A stretch of 64,000 nt of DNA from Alphaproteobacteria bacterium (GTDB taxonomy: Bacteria > Pseudomonadota > Alphaproteobacteria > MPNO01). Below the pieces are notes generated by a model that was not told where the DNA came from, made no database searches, and worked only from the letters and a program-made list of their open reading frames with translations. Both the position numbers and the translations under genes were made by a program. The stretch spans positions 1,760,001 through 1,824,000 of the forward strand of contig OZ219866.1 of assembly GCA_964291675.2 (NCBI GenBank), given 5' to 3'. Of the stretch, positions 48,724-58,033 are shown in pieces; the first letter of the stretch is position 1, and the number at the start of each line of letters is the position of its first letter.

Positions 48724-50160
48724 ATGAAGGCTCGAAACGAACCCGCGCCGGACCTGCGAAGCTTCCTCGCCGCCAACCCGGCGCTGGTGTTCCGGCCGGA
48801 CGGCCCGCTCTCGGTCGTCGAGGAGATCACCGCCGTCCTGCACGCGCTGGAGGCGGAGAAGCGCCAGCCCGTCGTCCTCGTCGAACGTCCCCGCCGCGGC
48901 GACGGCACGAAGAGCGACATGCCCGTGCTGTGCAACCTGACCGGCAGCCGCGAAGTCTGCGCTTCGGCGCTCGGGCTCGCCGATCACCGGGACAGCGCGC
49001 GCCACTTCGCCGAGCTCGCCGCCGGCGGGATCGCGCCGGTCGCGGTCGGCCGCGCCGACGCCCCGGTCCAGGCGATCGTCGCCGAGGGCGCCCAGGCCGA
49101 TCTGCGGTCCCTGCCGGCGCTTAAGCAGCATGGCGGCGATGCCGGCCACTACATCACCGCGGGCCACGTGGTGACCGCCGATCCCGAGACCGGGATCGAC
49201 AACATGGCGATCCAGCGCTGCTGGGTGCGCGGGGCGCGGCTGATGGGCGTCTACCCCTACTCGACCTCGCACAACTGGCTCAACGTCGCCAAGTACTGGG
49301 ACCGGGGCGAGCCCTGCCCGGTCGCGGTGTGGATCGGCCACCACCCGGCGCTGGTGATCGGCACCCAGGCCAAGTTCGCCTATCCGAGGAGCCACTGGGA
49401 AGCGGCCGGAGCGGCGCTCGGCGCGCCGGTGCGGCTGGTTCCCAGCATCACCCACGGCGCGGCCGTCATGGTGCCGGCCGACGCGGAGATCGTCATCGAG
49501 GGGTTCATCCCGCCGCACCGGCTGGAGGCCGAGGGTCCGTTCGCCGAGTTCACCGGCTACCAGGGGCCGCAGGTCGCCAACCCGGTCGTCGAGGTGACCG
49601 CGATCACGCGGCGCGCGGACGCGATCTACCACGATTGCGGCGCCGGGCTCGCCGATCACCTGGTGCCCGACAACATGGCGATGGAGGGCGCGATCTTCGC
49701 CATGTGCCGCAACGCCGCGCCGGCGCTCAGGCGGGTGCATGTGCCGATGTCGGGGCGGCGCTTCCACGCCTATCTCCAGTTCGAGAACCCGCGCCCCGGC
49801 GAGGTGCGCGACGCGCTGACCGCGGCGCTCTCCTATCGCCGGCTCAAGGCGGTCATGGCGTTCGACGAGGACATCGACATCTTCGACGATTCCCAGGCGA
49901 TGTGGGCGCTCGCCACGCGGCTGCAATGGGACCGCGACACCATCCGCATCGACCGGCTCTCGGAGGCCAATCTCGACCCTTCGACCCCGCCCGGGGCCGG
50001 ATCGACGACCAAGATGGCGCTCGATGCGACCCTGCCGCCGCCGCGCCGCCCGGGCGCGCCCAAACCGGTGCCCCGCGTCAACCGGGTGAACGAGCGGGCG
50101 CTGGCAGCCGCTCGTGCCGCTGTCGCGGCGGCCGACCGGTCCGGATGGCCGGGCGCCTGA
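48724..50160 (+). CDS. UbiD family prFMN-dependent (de)carboxylase
   Basis: DAGHYITAG, DPETG..N.AIQR, VPADAEIVIEG, EGPFAEFTGY, DEDIDI, WALATR, LDPS, KMALDAT. Confidence 0.92.
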   Translation: MKARNEPAPDLRSFLAANPALVFRPDGPLSVVEEITAVLHALEAEKRQPVVLVERPRRGDGTKSDMPVLCNLTGSREVCASALGLADHRDSARHFAELAAGGIAPVAVGRADAPVQAIVAEGAQADLRSLPALKQHGGDAGHYITAGHVVTADPETGIDNMAIQRCWVRGARLMGVYPYSTSHNWLNVAKYWDRGEPCPVAVWIGHHPALVIGTQAKFAYPRSHWEAAGAALGAPVRLVPSITHGAAVMVPADAEIVIEGFIPPHRLEAEGPFAEFTGYQGPQVANPVVEVTAITRRADAIYHDCGAGLADHLVPDNMAMEGAIFAMCRNAAPALRRVHVPMSGRRFHAYLQFENPRPGEVRDALTAALSYRRLKAVMAFDEDIDIFDDSQAMWALATRLQWDRDTIRIDRLSEANLDPSTPPGAGSTTKMALDATLPPPRRPGAPKPVPRVNRVNERALAAARAAVAAADRSGWPGA

Positions 50161-50162
50161 CG

Positions 50163-50327
50163 ATGGCCGAGAAGCAGGGAAGCGCGGTGTTCGTCCGCTG
50201 CCCGTCCTGCGCGGGATGGTTCAACGCCGCCGCGCCTCTGGTTGACCGCGGCGACATCGCGCTCTATTGCCCCGCCTGCACCCGCCGATTCCTGCCCGAA
50301 GAGGCGGCCGAGATCGACCGGCCGTAA
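50163..50327 (+). CDS. Small zinc-ribbon protein (54 aa)
   Basis: MAEKQGSAVFVRCPSCAGWF...LYCPACTRRF; starts 2 nt after the ubiD stop; tail of the 49329..50327 ORF. Confidence 0.72.
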   Translation: MAEKQGSAVFVRCPSCAGWFNAAAPLVDRGDIALYCPACTRRFLPEEAAEIDRP

Positions 50328-50332
50328 CCCGC

Positions 50333-51547
50333 ATGCCCTCCGCCAACTGGCGCACCCCGTTCGTCATCCTGCTTTGCGGCACGGCGGTCATGCTGATCGC
50401 CTTCGGGGTTCGCATGACCTACGGGCTCTGGATCGCTCCCGCGAGCACCGGCCTCGGCTGGGGTCTGGAGAGCCTGAGCTTCGCGCAGGCGGTGCAGGCG
50501 CTGGTGTGGGGATTCGCCGCGCCGGTCATGGGCGTGATCGCCGATCGCCACGGTACCGGGCGGGTGATCGCGGGCTGCGGCATCGCGTTTGCCCTCGGGT
50601 TTCTGGTCACCGCCAACGCGACCACCCGGATCGAGGCGTTTCTCGGCATCGGCGTGTTGACCGGAATCGCGATGGGCGGGCTGACGGCCTCGGTCATCCT
50701 GTCGGCGATCAGCAAGGTCGTGGAGGACGAGAAGAAGCGCGGTCTGTATGCCGGTATCGCGAGCGCCGGGGGGTCCTCCGGCCAGGTGTTCCTGGTCCCC
50801 GTCGTCCAGTTCGTGCTGGATACGACAGACTGGATGACCGCGCTGTTCGTGCTGGCGGCGGTGACCGCGGCGATCGTTCCGCTCGCCTACACGATGGTCT
50901 CCAGGCGCGAGCATCTCGCCACCGCGAGCGGACAGCAATCGCTGGGCGAGGCGCTCGAAGAAGCCTTCCGGCATCGCGGATATCTGCTTCTCACGGCCGG
51001 GTACTTCGTTTGCGGCTTCCAGACCCTGTTCATGGTGACCCATCTCCCGCCGATGCTGGAGACCTACGACGTATCGCGCGAGATGGGGGCGTGGTCGATC
51101 GCGCTGATCGGCCTGTTCAACATCCTCGGTTGCGTGATCTTCGGCGCCGCCGGCGGGCGCTGGCGCAAGAAGAACCTGCTCGCCTGGATCTATATCGCGC
51201 GCGCCGTCGCGATGACGGCGTTCATCCTGCTGCCCGTCACCGACACGAGCATCGTCGTGTTCTCCGCGGTGATGGGCATCCTGTGGCTCGGGGTCGTGCC
51301 GCTCACCGGCGGCGTCGTCGCCCAGATCTTCGGCACCCGCTACATGGCGACGCTGTTCGGCTGTGCGTTCGTGTCGCACCAGCTCGGCGGGTTCGTCGGC
51401 ATCTGGGCCGGCGGCTGGCTGTTCGACACGACCGGGAACTACCTGGTCGTCTGGTGGGCTTCCATCGCGCTCGGCGTGGTCGCCGCGGCCTTCAACCTGC
51501 CGATCGACGACCGCCCGGTGGAGCGCCTCGCCCAGCAGCGCTCCTGA
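50333..51547 (+). CDS. MFS transporter
   Basis: GVIADRHG, GYFVCGFQ, HLP, IGLFNILG, SHQLGGF.G.W.GG; about 12 TM segments. Confidence 0.92.
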   Translation: MPSANWRTPFVILLCGTAVMLIAFGVRMTYGLWIAPASTGLGWGLESLSFAQAVQALVWGFAAPVMGVIADRHGTGRVIAGCGIAFALGFLVTANATTRIEAFLGIGVLTGIAMGGLTASVILSAISKVVEDEKKRGLYAGIASAGGSSGQVFLVPVVQFVLDTTDWMTALFVLAAVTAAIVPLAYTMVSRREHLATASGQQSLGEALEEAFRHRGYLLLTAGYFVCGFQTLFMVTHLPPMLETYDVSREMGAWSIALIGLFNILGCVIFGAAGGRWRKKNLLAWIYIARAVAMTAFILLPVTDTSIVVFSAVMGILWLGVVPLTGGVVAQIFGTRYMATLFGCAFVSHQLGGFVGIWAGGWLFDTTGNYLVVWWASIALGVVAAAFNLPIDDRPVERLAQQRS

Positions 51548-51553
51548 GGCGGT

Positions 51554-51699
51554 CCTTCGATACGCGGCTTCGCCGCTACTCAGGATGAGGGGGGTTGGGG
51601 TGCCCGAAGGGCCGTATCGCGGGACACAGCCCACGACACATCCCTCACAAGACCCATCCCTCACCCTGAGTAGCCCGCCGAAGGCGGGCGTATCGAAGG
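51554..51699. repeat. REP/REPIN-like composite palindromic element between convergent genes
   Basis: Left arm CCTTCGATACG-CGGCTTCGCCG-CTACTCAGGATGAGG and right arm CCTCACCCTGAGTAG-CCCGCCGAAGGCGGG-CGTATCGAAGG are inverted copies, each with an internal tetraloop hairpin. Confidence 0.85.
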
Positions 51700-51708
51700 G
51701 CGCCCCCG

Positions 51709-52956
51709 CTACCCGTCGGGCTCGCCCGCCCGCACCCTGCCGGCGCAGGGGTTGACGCCGAACCAGTAGGCGAGCTCGGCCGGCTGGCCGATGTCCCAGA
51801 GCGCGAGATCGGCGCGCTTGCCGACTTCGAGCGTGCCGCGGTCCTCGCCCAGCCCGAGCGCCCGGGCGGCCTCGCGGGTGACCCCGGCCAGCGCCTCCTC
51901 CGGCGTCAGCCGGAACAGGGTGCAGGCCATGTTGAGCATCAGCAGCAGCGACAGCGCCGGCGAGGACCCCGGGTTGAAATCGGTGGCGATGGCGATGCCC
52001 GCCCCGGCGTTGCGCATCGCGTCGACCGGCGGCGGCCTGGTCTCGCGCAGGGTGTAGAACGCGCCCGGCAGCAGGACGGCGACGGTGCCCGCCGCGGCCA
52101 GCGCCGCGATGCCCTCCTCGGAGGTGTATTCCAGGTGGTCGGCCGACAGCGCGTCGTAGCGCGCGGCCAGCGCCGCGCCGCCGAGATCCGAGAGCTGGTC
52201 GGCGTGCAGCTTGACCGGCAGGCCGTGCGACCGGGCGGCGGAAAACACCCGGTCGGTCTCCTCCGGGGTGAACCCGATGCCCTCGCAGAACGCATCCACC
52301 GCGTCCGCGAGGCCCGACTCCGCGACCGCCGGCAGCATCTCCTCGACCACCAGGTCGATATAGGCGCCCTGGCGGCCGGCATATTCGGGCGGCAAGGCGT
52401 GCGCGCCAAGGAAGGTGGTGCGGACGTCGACCGGCTGCGCCCCGCCGAGCCTGCGGGCGACGCGGAGCTGCTTGAGCTCGGTGTCGGTGTCGAGCCCGTA
52501 GCCCGACTTGACCTCGACGGTCGTCACCCCCTCGTCGATCAGGTTGCCGAGCCTCGGCACCGCCGCTGCGTACAGCGCCTCGTCGTCGGCCTCGCGCGTC
52601 GCCCGCATGGTCGAGACGATTCCGCCGCCCGCCCGCGCGACCTCCTCGTAGCTCGCGCCGTTGAGCCGCATCTCGAACTCGCCCGCGCGGCTGCCGCCGA
52701 ACACGAGATGGGTGTGGCAGTCGATCAGCCCGGGCGTGATCCAGCGCCCGGCGGCGTCGTGCACCCTGCCCGCCAGGGCGGCGGGGTCGCCAGGCAGCTC
52801 GGCGGCCGCGCCGAGCCAGGCGATGCGCCCGTCCGCCACCGCGATGGCGGCGTCGCGGATGGCGCCGTAGGGCTCGCCGCCCGGCACCATCGTCGCCAGG
52901 TTGGCGCCGGTCCAGAGCCTGTCCCATCCGCCCTCGGCCGGTCGCGCGCGCGCCAT
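51709..52956 (-). CDS. hutI: Imidazolonepropionase
   Basis: [62 protein letters not shown]. Confidence 0.97.
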   Translation of the reverse strand: MARARPAEGGWDRLWTGANLATMVPGGEPYGAIRDAAIAVADGRIAWLGAAAELPGDPAALAGRVHDAAGRWITPGLIDCHTHLVFGGSRAGEFEMRLNGASYEEVARAGGGIVSTMRATREADDEALYAAAVPRLGNLIDEGVTTVEVKSGYGLDTDTELKQLRVARRLGGAQPVDVRTTFLGAHALPPEYAGRQGAYIDLVVEEMLPAVAESGLADAVDAFCEGIGFTPEETDRVFSAARSHGLPVKLHADQLSDLGGAALAARYDALSADHLEYTSEEGIAALAAAGTVAVLLPGAFYTLRETRPPPVDAMRNAGAGIAIATDFNPGSSPALSLLLMLNMACTLFRLTPEEALAGVTREAARALGLGEDRGTLEVGKRADLALWDIGQPAELAYWFGVNPCAGRVRAGEPDG

Positions 52957-53065
52957 GATTCCTCTCCCCCTTTGCCGGGAAACCATAGCACGCGGGCCGA
53001 GTACCCGGGCCCGGCCATATGGTCTACGCTCCGGCGCGGAACATCCCGAGGCGGCCGGCCGAAAG

Positions 53066-53863
53066 ATGACCGAAGACGACATCTACGACTTTGCGCCGGG
53101 GACGACGCCGCTGCTCGTCAGCATCCCGCATGACGGGCGGGCGATCCCCGACGACATCGCGGCGCGGATGACGGATGCGGCGCGCGCGATTCCCGACACC
53201 GACTGGCATATCGGACGGCTCTACGACTTCGCCGCCGAACTCGGCGCCGGCGTGCTGGCGGCGCGCTACTCGCGCTATGTCGTCGACCTCAACCGCGACC
53301 CGGACGGCGCGGCGCTCTACCCCGGGGCTGACAACACCGAGATCGTGCCGCTCGGAACCTTCGACAGGGAGCCGATCTACCTGTCCGGCGCGGAGCCGGA
53401 CGGCGCCGAGATCGCCGGGCGGATCGCGCGGTTCTGGCAGCCCTATCACCGCCGGCTCGCCGCCGAGCTCGGATTATTGCGCGAGCGCCACGGGGTTGCC
53501 CTCCTGTTCGATGCGCATTCGATCCGCAGCGTGTTGCCGCGGTTCTTCGACGGCCGGCTCCCCGACTTCAATTTCGGCACCGCGCGCGGCGCGAGCGCCG
53601 ATCCCCGGCTCGCCGCGTCCGCCTTCGGCGTGCTCGACTCGGCCGAGGGCTTCACGGCGGTCGACAACGGGCGGTTCACCGGCGGCTACATCACGCGGCG
53701 CTACGGCGCGCCCGCCGACGGGGTCCACGCGATCCAGCTCGAGCTCACCCAGCGGACCTATATGGGCGAGGCGCCGCCGTTCGACTACCGCCCCGATCTC
53801 GCGGCGAAGGTGAAGCCGGTGCTCAGAGACCTGCTCGCCGCGACGATCGACTGGGCGGGTTGA
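53066..53863 (+). CDS. hutG: N-formylglutamate deformylase
   Basis: [53 protein letters not shown]. Confidence 0.95.
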   Translation: MTEDDIYDFAPGTTPLLVSIPHDGRAIPDDIAARMTDAARAIPDTDWHIGRLYDFAAELGAGVLAARYSRYVVDLNRDPDGAALYPGADNTEIVPLGTFDREPIYLSGAEPDGAEIAGRIARFWQPYHRRLAAELGLLRERHGVALLFDAHSIRSVLPRFFDGRLPDFNFGTARGASADPRLAASAFGVLDSAEGFTAVDNGRFTGGYITRRYGAPADGVHAIQLELTQRTYMGEAPPFDYRPDLAAKVKPVLRDLLAATIDWAG

Positions 53864-55224
53864 TGCGGGCTTACGCGTTCGACCGCGTACTGACGCCCGA
53901 GGGATGGCTCGCCCCCGGGCGGATCGAGGTCGGCGGCGACGGGCGGATCGCCGCCGTCGATGCCGGCGAAGGCGGCGAGCGGGTCGGCGGCATCGCGCTT
54001 CCCGGCATGCCCAACCTGCACAGCCACGCCTTCCAGCGGGCGATGGCCGGGCTCACCGAACGCGCCGGGCCGGGAACGGACAGCTTCTGGACCTGGCGGG
54101 AGACGATGTACCGCTTCGTCGCCCGGCTCGGCCCGGACGACGTGGAAGCGATCGCCGCCCAGCTCTATTGCGAGATGCTGAAGGCGGGCTACACCGCGGT
54201 CGCCGAGTTCCACTATTTGCACCACGCGCCGGACGGCGGCGCTTACGACGACCTCGCCGAGATGGCCGACCGCGTGGCGGGCGCGGCGGAGCGGACCGGC
54301 ATCGCGCTCACCCTGCTGCCGGTGCTCTACGACGCCGGCGGCTTCGGCGGGGTGCCGGTGGGCGACGCCCAGCGCCGCTTTGCCAACGATGCGGAGCGGC
54401 TGCTCGAAATCGTCGAGACCATGCAGCACCGCCACGGCGCCCGGCCCGATTTCCGTGTCGGCCTCGCCCCGCACAGCCTGCGGGCGGCGGCTCCCGGGAG
54501 CCTCGCGGCCGCGCTCGTCGGGCTGGACGCCATCGACCCGGGCGCGCCGGTCCATATCCACGTCGCCGAACAGACCCGGGAGGTGGAGGGCTGTCTCGCC
54601 TGGTGCGGCAGGCGCCCGGTGGAATGGCTGCTGGAACGCCACGCAATGGGGCCGCGCTGGTGCCTCGTCCACGCCACCCACATGAGCGCCGGGGAGACGC
54701 GGGCGCTCGCGGCCACCGGGGCCGTCGCCGGCCTCTGCCCGACCACCGAGGCCAATCTCGGCGACGGGCTGTTCCCGCTGGCCGCCTGGCTGGAGGCGGG
54801 CGGGCGCCTCGGCATCGGGTCCGACAGCCACGTGTCGGTGAGCCCGGTCGAGGAGCTGCGCTGGCTCGAATACGGCCAGCGCCTCGCCGCGCGGCAGCGC
54901 AACATCGCCGCTCCGCCGGAGGGCTCGACGGGCGCGCGCCTCCACGCCGCGGCGCTCGACGGCGGCGCGCAGGCGACCGCGCGCGATGGCGGCGCCATCG
55001 AGGCGGGCCGGACGGCCGACATCGTCGTCCTCGACGCCGCCCACCCGCTGCTCGCCGGGAAGACCGGCGACGCGATCCTCGACGCCTACGTCTTCGCCGG
55101 CAACGAAAACCCGGTCCGCGACGTCATGGTCGGCGGAAGCTGGGTGGTCCGCGATGGCCGGCATGCGGAGGAGGGCGCCATCGCGCGGGAGTTCGTGCGG
55201 ACGATGGAACGGCTGGCGGGGTAG
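53863..55224 (+). CDS. hutF: Formimidoylglutamate deiminase
   Basis: PGMPNLHSHAFQRAMAG, SFWTWRE, AEFHYLHH, APHSLRA, HIHVAEQ, LCPTTEANLGDG, GSDSH. Confidence 0.96.
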   Translation: MRAYAFDRVLTPEGWLAPGRIEVGGDGRIAAVDAGEGGERVGGIALPGMPNLHSHAFQRAMAGLTERAGPGTDSFWTWRETMYRFVARLGPDDVEAIAAQLYCEMLKAGYTAVAEFHYLHHAPDGGAYDDLAEMADRVAGAAERTGIALTLLPVLYDAGGFGGVPVGDAQRRFANDAERLLEIVETMQHRHGARPDFRVGLAPHSLRAAAPGSLAAALVGLDAIDPGAPVHIHVAEQTREVEGCLAWCGRRPVEWLLERHAMGPRWCLVHATHMSAGETRALAATGAVAGLCPTTEANLGDGLFPLAAWLEAGGRLGIGSDSHVSVSPVEELRWLEYGQRLAARQRNIAAPPEGSTGARLHAAALDGGAQATARDGGAIEAGRTADIVVLDAAHPLLAGKTGDAILDAYVFAGNENPVRDVMVGGSWVVRDGRHAEEGAIAREFVRTMERLAG

Positions 55225-55238
55225 GGGCGGAGAGCGCG

Positions 55239-55826
55239 GTGTTCACCATCGGACATTCCGCGCACGCGCTGGAATTCTTCCTGGAGCTCTTGCGACGGCA
55301 CGAAATATCGGCGGTGGCTGATGTGCGGTCCGCTCCCTATAGCCGCCATTGCCCGCATTTCAGCAAGGATGCGCTCGGCAAGGGGCTCGCCGCGGCTGGC
55401 GTGAAGTACGTCTTTCTCGGCCGCGAGCTTGGCGGGCGGCCCGACGATCCGTCGTGCTACGAGAACCGGCGCATCCGGTATTCGCGGTTGGCCGGGCGAC
55501 CGGCGTTCCGGGCCGGAATCGAGCGCCTGAAGGAGGGGGCGCTCGAGCACCGGATAGCCATCATGTGCGCCGAAAGGGAGCCGCTGGAGTGTCACCGGAC
55601 AATCCTGGTGTCGCCGGCGCTGCAAGAGGAAGGACTGTCAGTCGAGCACATTCACGCCGACGGTCGCCTGGAGTCCCACAGCAAGGCGATGGACCGGTTG
55701 ATCGACAGTCTGGGGCTTCCTCGCGACGACCTTTTCCGGTCTCGGGACGAAATCGTTTCGGAGGCGCTGCTTCGTCAGGAGGCGCGGATCGCCTACACGC
55801 TGGGCGATCCCGGAGACCCTCCGTGA
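55239..55826 (+). CDS. DUF488 family protein (copy 1)
   Basis: FTIGHS, DVRSAPYSR, LG.ELGGRP, MCAEREPLECHR; GTG at 55239. Confidence 0.88.
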   Translation: MFTIGHSAHALEFFLELLRRHEISAVADVRSAPYSRHCPHFSKDALGKGLAAAGVKYVFLGRELGGRPDDPSCYENRRIRYSRLAGRPAFRAGIERLKEGALEHRIAIMCAEREPLECHRTILVSPALQEEGLSVEHIHADGRLESHSKAMDRLIDSLGLPRDDLFRSRDEIVSEALLRQEARIAYTLGDPGDPP

Positions 55827-56260
55827 AGCTTTTCACCATTGGATTCACCAAGAAGAGCGCCGAGAGATTCTTCGACCTCCTGGCCTCATCCGGGGCGAAG
55901 CGTGTGGTCGACGTTCGGCTCAACAACGTCTCCCAACTGGCCGGTTTCGCCAAGCGCGACGACCTGAAATATTTCCTGCGGCGGGTGTGCGGGATTGACT
56001 ACGTGCACCTGCCCGACCTCGCCCCGACGCGTGAATTGCTGGCCGACTACCGGAAAAACCGCATCGACTGGGACACCTATGAGCGGCAGTTCCTCGACCT
56101 GATGCGGGCGCGCCGCATCGAGGACAGCATCCCCCGAGAGGTGATCCACGGCGGCTGCCTCTTGTGCAGCGAGGACAAGCCGCATCACTGCCACCGGCGC
56201 CTCGTCGCGCAATATCTCGACGAACATTGGGGCGGCATTGAGGTCCGGCACCTTACCTGA
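55823..56260 (+). CDS. DUF488 family protein (copy 2, distinct subtype)
   Basis: LFTIGFTKKSAE, DVRLNNVSQLAGFAK, LAPT, LLCSEDKPHHCHRRL; GTGA overlap with copy 1. Confidence 0.9.
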   Translation: MKLFTIGFTKKSAERFFDLLASSGAKRVVDVRLNNVSQLAGFAKRDDLKYFLRRVCGIDYVHLPDLAPTRELLADYRKNRIDWDTYERQFLDLMRARRIEDSIPREVIHGGCLLCSEDKPHHCHRRLVAQYLDEHWGGIEVRHLT

Positions 56261-56285
56261 CCTCCGGCAGCCGACAATCGGACAC

Positions 56286-56313
56286 TTGAGAACTCCCGGC
56301 GAGCATCTATATC
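56286..56313 (+). promoter_or_regulatory. Putative sigma70 promoter
   Basis: CTTGAGA-N16-TATATC upstream of the ATG at 56349. Confidence 0.4.
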
Positions 56314-56348
56314 CCGTGCGGCACGCCTCCAACATTCGAGCTCCCGCC

Positions 56349-56999
56349 ATGTCCTCACCTCCGGCCACCGACCGGGTCCGTCTGCGTCGCCGCCACGACC
56401 GGGGCGGGTACGACGCGACCACGATCTATCCCATCCTCGATGCCATGCCGCTGTGCTCGGTGGGCTACGTGTTCGACGGGCAGCCTTACGTGACGCCGAC
56501 GCTGCAATGGCGCGAGGCGGATCGGGTCTACTGGCACGGCTCGTCGGCGAGCCGCATGCTGCGCGCGGTGGAGGAGGCCCAGGTGTGCCTGACGGTCGCC
56601 ATCCTCGACGGCTTCGTGCTGGCGCGCTCGGGCTTCCACCACTCGATCAACTACCGCTCGGCGATGCTGCTGGGCACCGCGCGCAAGGTTTCCGACCCGG
56701 ACGAGAAGACGGCGCGGCTCAAGACCTTCGTCGACGGCTCGTTCCCCGGACGCTGGGACATGCTGCGCCCGGCGACCGACCAGGAGATGAAGGCGACGAC
56801 GGTGATGTCGATGCCGATCGGCGAGGCCTCGTCGAAGATCCGCATGGGCCCGCCGGGCGACGAGGAGGAGGACTACGCGCTGCCGATCTGGGCCGGCGTG
56901 ATCCCGGTGCGCATGTCGGTATCCGATCCGGTGCCCGACCCGCGCAACATCGAAGGCATCGAGCCGCCCGGCCACGTGCGCGACTTCCGCCTGGGCTGA
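56349..56999 (+). CDS. Pyridoxamine 5'-phosphate oxidase family (NimA-like) flavin-nucleotide-binding protein
   Basis: RGGYD...ILD, PYVTPT, YWHGSSASRM, DGFVLARSGFHHSINYRS, LPIWAGVIP. Confidence 0.92.
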   Translation: MSSPPATDRVRLRRRHDRGGYDATTIYPILDAMPLCSVGYVFDGQPYVTPTLQWREADRVYWHGSSASRMLRAVEEAQVCLTVAILDGFVLARSGFHHSINYRSAMLLGTARKVSDPDEKTARLKTFVDGSFPGRWDMLRPATDQEMKATTVMSMPIGEASSKIRMGPPGDEEEDYALPIWAGVIPVRMSVSDPVPDPRNIEGIEPPGHVRDFRLG

Positions 57000-57006
57000 G
57001 GCTGCG

Positions 57007-57282
57007 GTGAAGGCGCTGCCCGAAGGGGTTTCGAGCTACGCGAGCACGGCGGAATTCACCGAGGCGTCGATCCCGGCGAAGCTGCTCAAATCCCATCGCA
57101 CCAAAGCCGGGACCTGGGGCAGGATCGTCGTCCTGGAGGGCAGGCTCCGCTACCGCATCCACGAGCCGGAAATCCGCGCCTTCGAGCTCTTGCCCGGCAA
57201 TCCCGGGGTCGTGGAGCCGGAGGTTCCGCACGAGGTCGAGCCGATGGGCCGCGTGCGCTTCCGCGTGGACTTCTATCGCTGA
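57007..57282 (+). CDS. DUF1971 (YeaR / TehB N-terminal-like) cupin protein
   Basis: FTEASIP..LLKSHRTKAGTWGRIVVLEG.L.Y, VEPEVPHEVEP, F.VDFY. Confidence 0.85.
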   Translation: MKALPEGVSSYASTAEFTEASIPAKLLKSHRTKAGTWGRIVVLEGRLRYRIHEPEIRAFELLPGNPGVVEPEVPHEVEPMGRVRFRVDFYR

Positions 57283-57956
57283 GGCGGCTGCTCCAGCGCG
57301 AAGCGGGCGAGCACGGCGAAATCCGCTTCCGGCGACGCCTGGCCGCAGAGGCAGATGTCGGCGATCTCGACCGGCTCGGCGATGGCGGGCAGCGCCAGGC
57401 GCGCGATCCCGGCGCCGAACCTCGCCCGGTCGCCCGCCTCCAGCGGACCGGTCAGGGTCAGGTGGAACCGGTAGTCCTCGAAGACATAGGGGTAGCCCCA
57501 GCGCTCCAGGTTCGCCTTCTGCGATGCCGTCAACCGGTCCGGCCGCCGCCGCGCTTGCTCTGCCGCGGTCGAAGGCGCGCGGAAGGGGTCGAAGGCTCTG
57601 ACGCAGTCGGCCGCGAGCGCCGCCGCTGCGCGCGTTTCCAGCGGGGCGAGGACCAGGAAATCCGACAGCACGCGCAGCGCCAGCTTGCCGGCCGGAGCCG
57701 GGCCGCGCGTTCGGCAGAAGCGTTCGAGCGCCTCGCCGAGCGCCCCTTCGTCCTTGCCTTCCGCCAGCCGGAAGGGCGCCTTGAGCGTCGCGTGGAAGTC
57801 GTATCTGCGCGGCGCCGCCACCGCGCGGCACCATTCCTCGGCGCTCACGCCGGCGCCTTCCGGCGGCGCGCACGCATCGCGGCCCAGCCAGCGCGCACCG
57901 AACGCGGCAAGCGCCGTGCCCGGCGGCGGGACGTAGTAGAGCGCGTAACGATGCAT
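57273..57956 (-). CDS. DUF1045 family protein (2H phosphoesterase-like)
   Basis: RYALYYVP, WLGRD, PRRYDFHATLKAPF, WGYPYVF..YRFHLTLTG. Confidence 0.9.
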   Translation of the reverse strand: MHRYALYYVPPPGTALAAFGARWLGRDACAPPEGAGVSAEEWCRAVAAPRRYDFHATLKAPFRLAEGKDEGALGEALERFCRTRGPAPAGKLALRVLSDFLVLAPLETRAAAALAADCVRAFDPFRAPSTAAEQARRRPDRLTASQKANLERWGYPYVFEDYRFHLTLTGPLEAGDRARFGAGIARLALPAIAEPVEIADICLCGQASPEADFAVLARFALEQPPQR

Positions 57957-58033
57957 CGGACTCCCGCCGCCTTGTTGACGCCGCAGACCGGCTCCAACAC
58001 CATGGCGCCAGTCATCGCATACGGGGGCGCGGC

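Noticed and set aside
52957-53065. HutC operator (ATATGGTCTACG)
   Set aside because: Poor match to the TGTA-N2-TACA dyad
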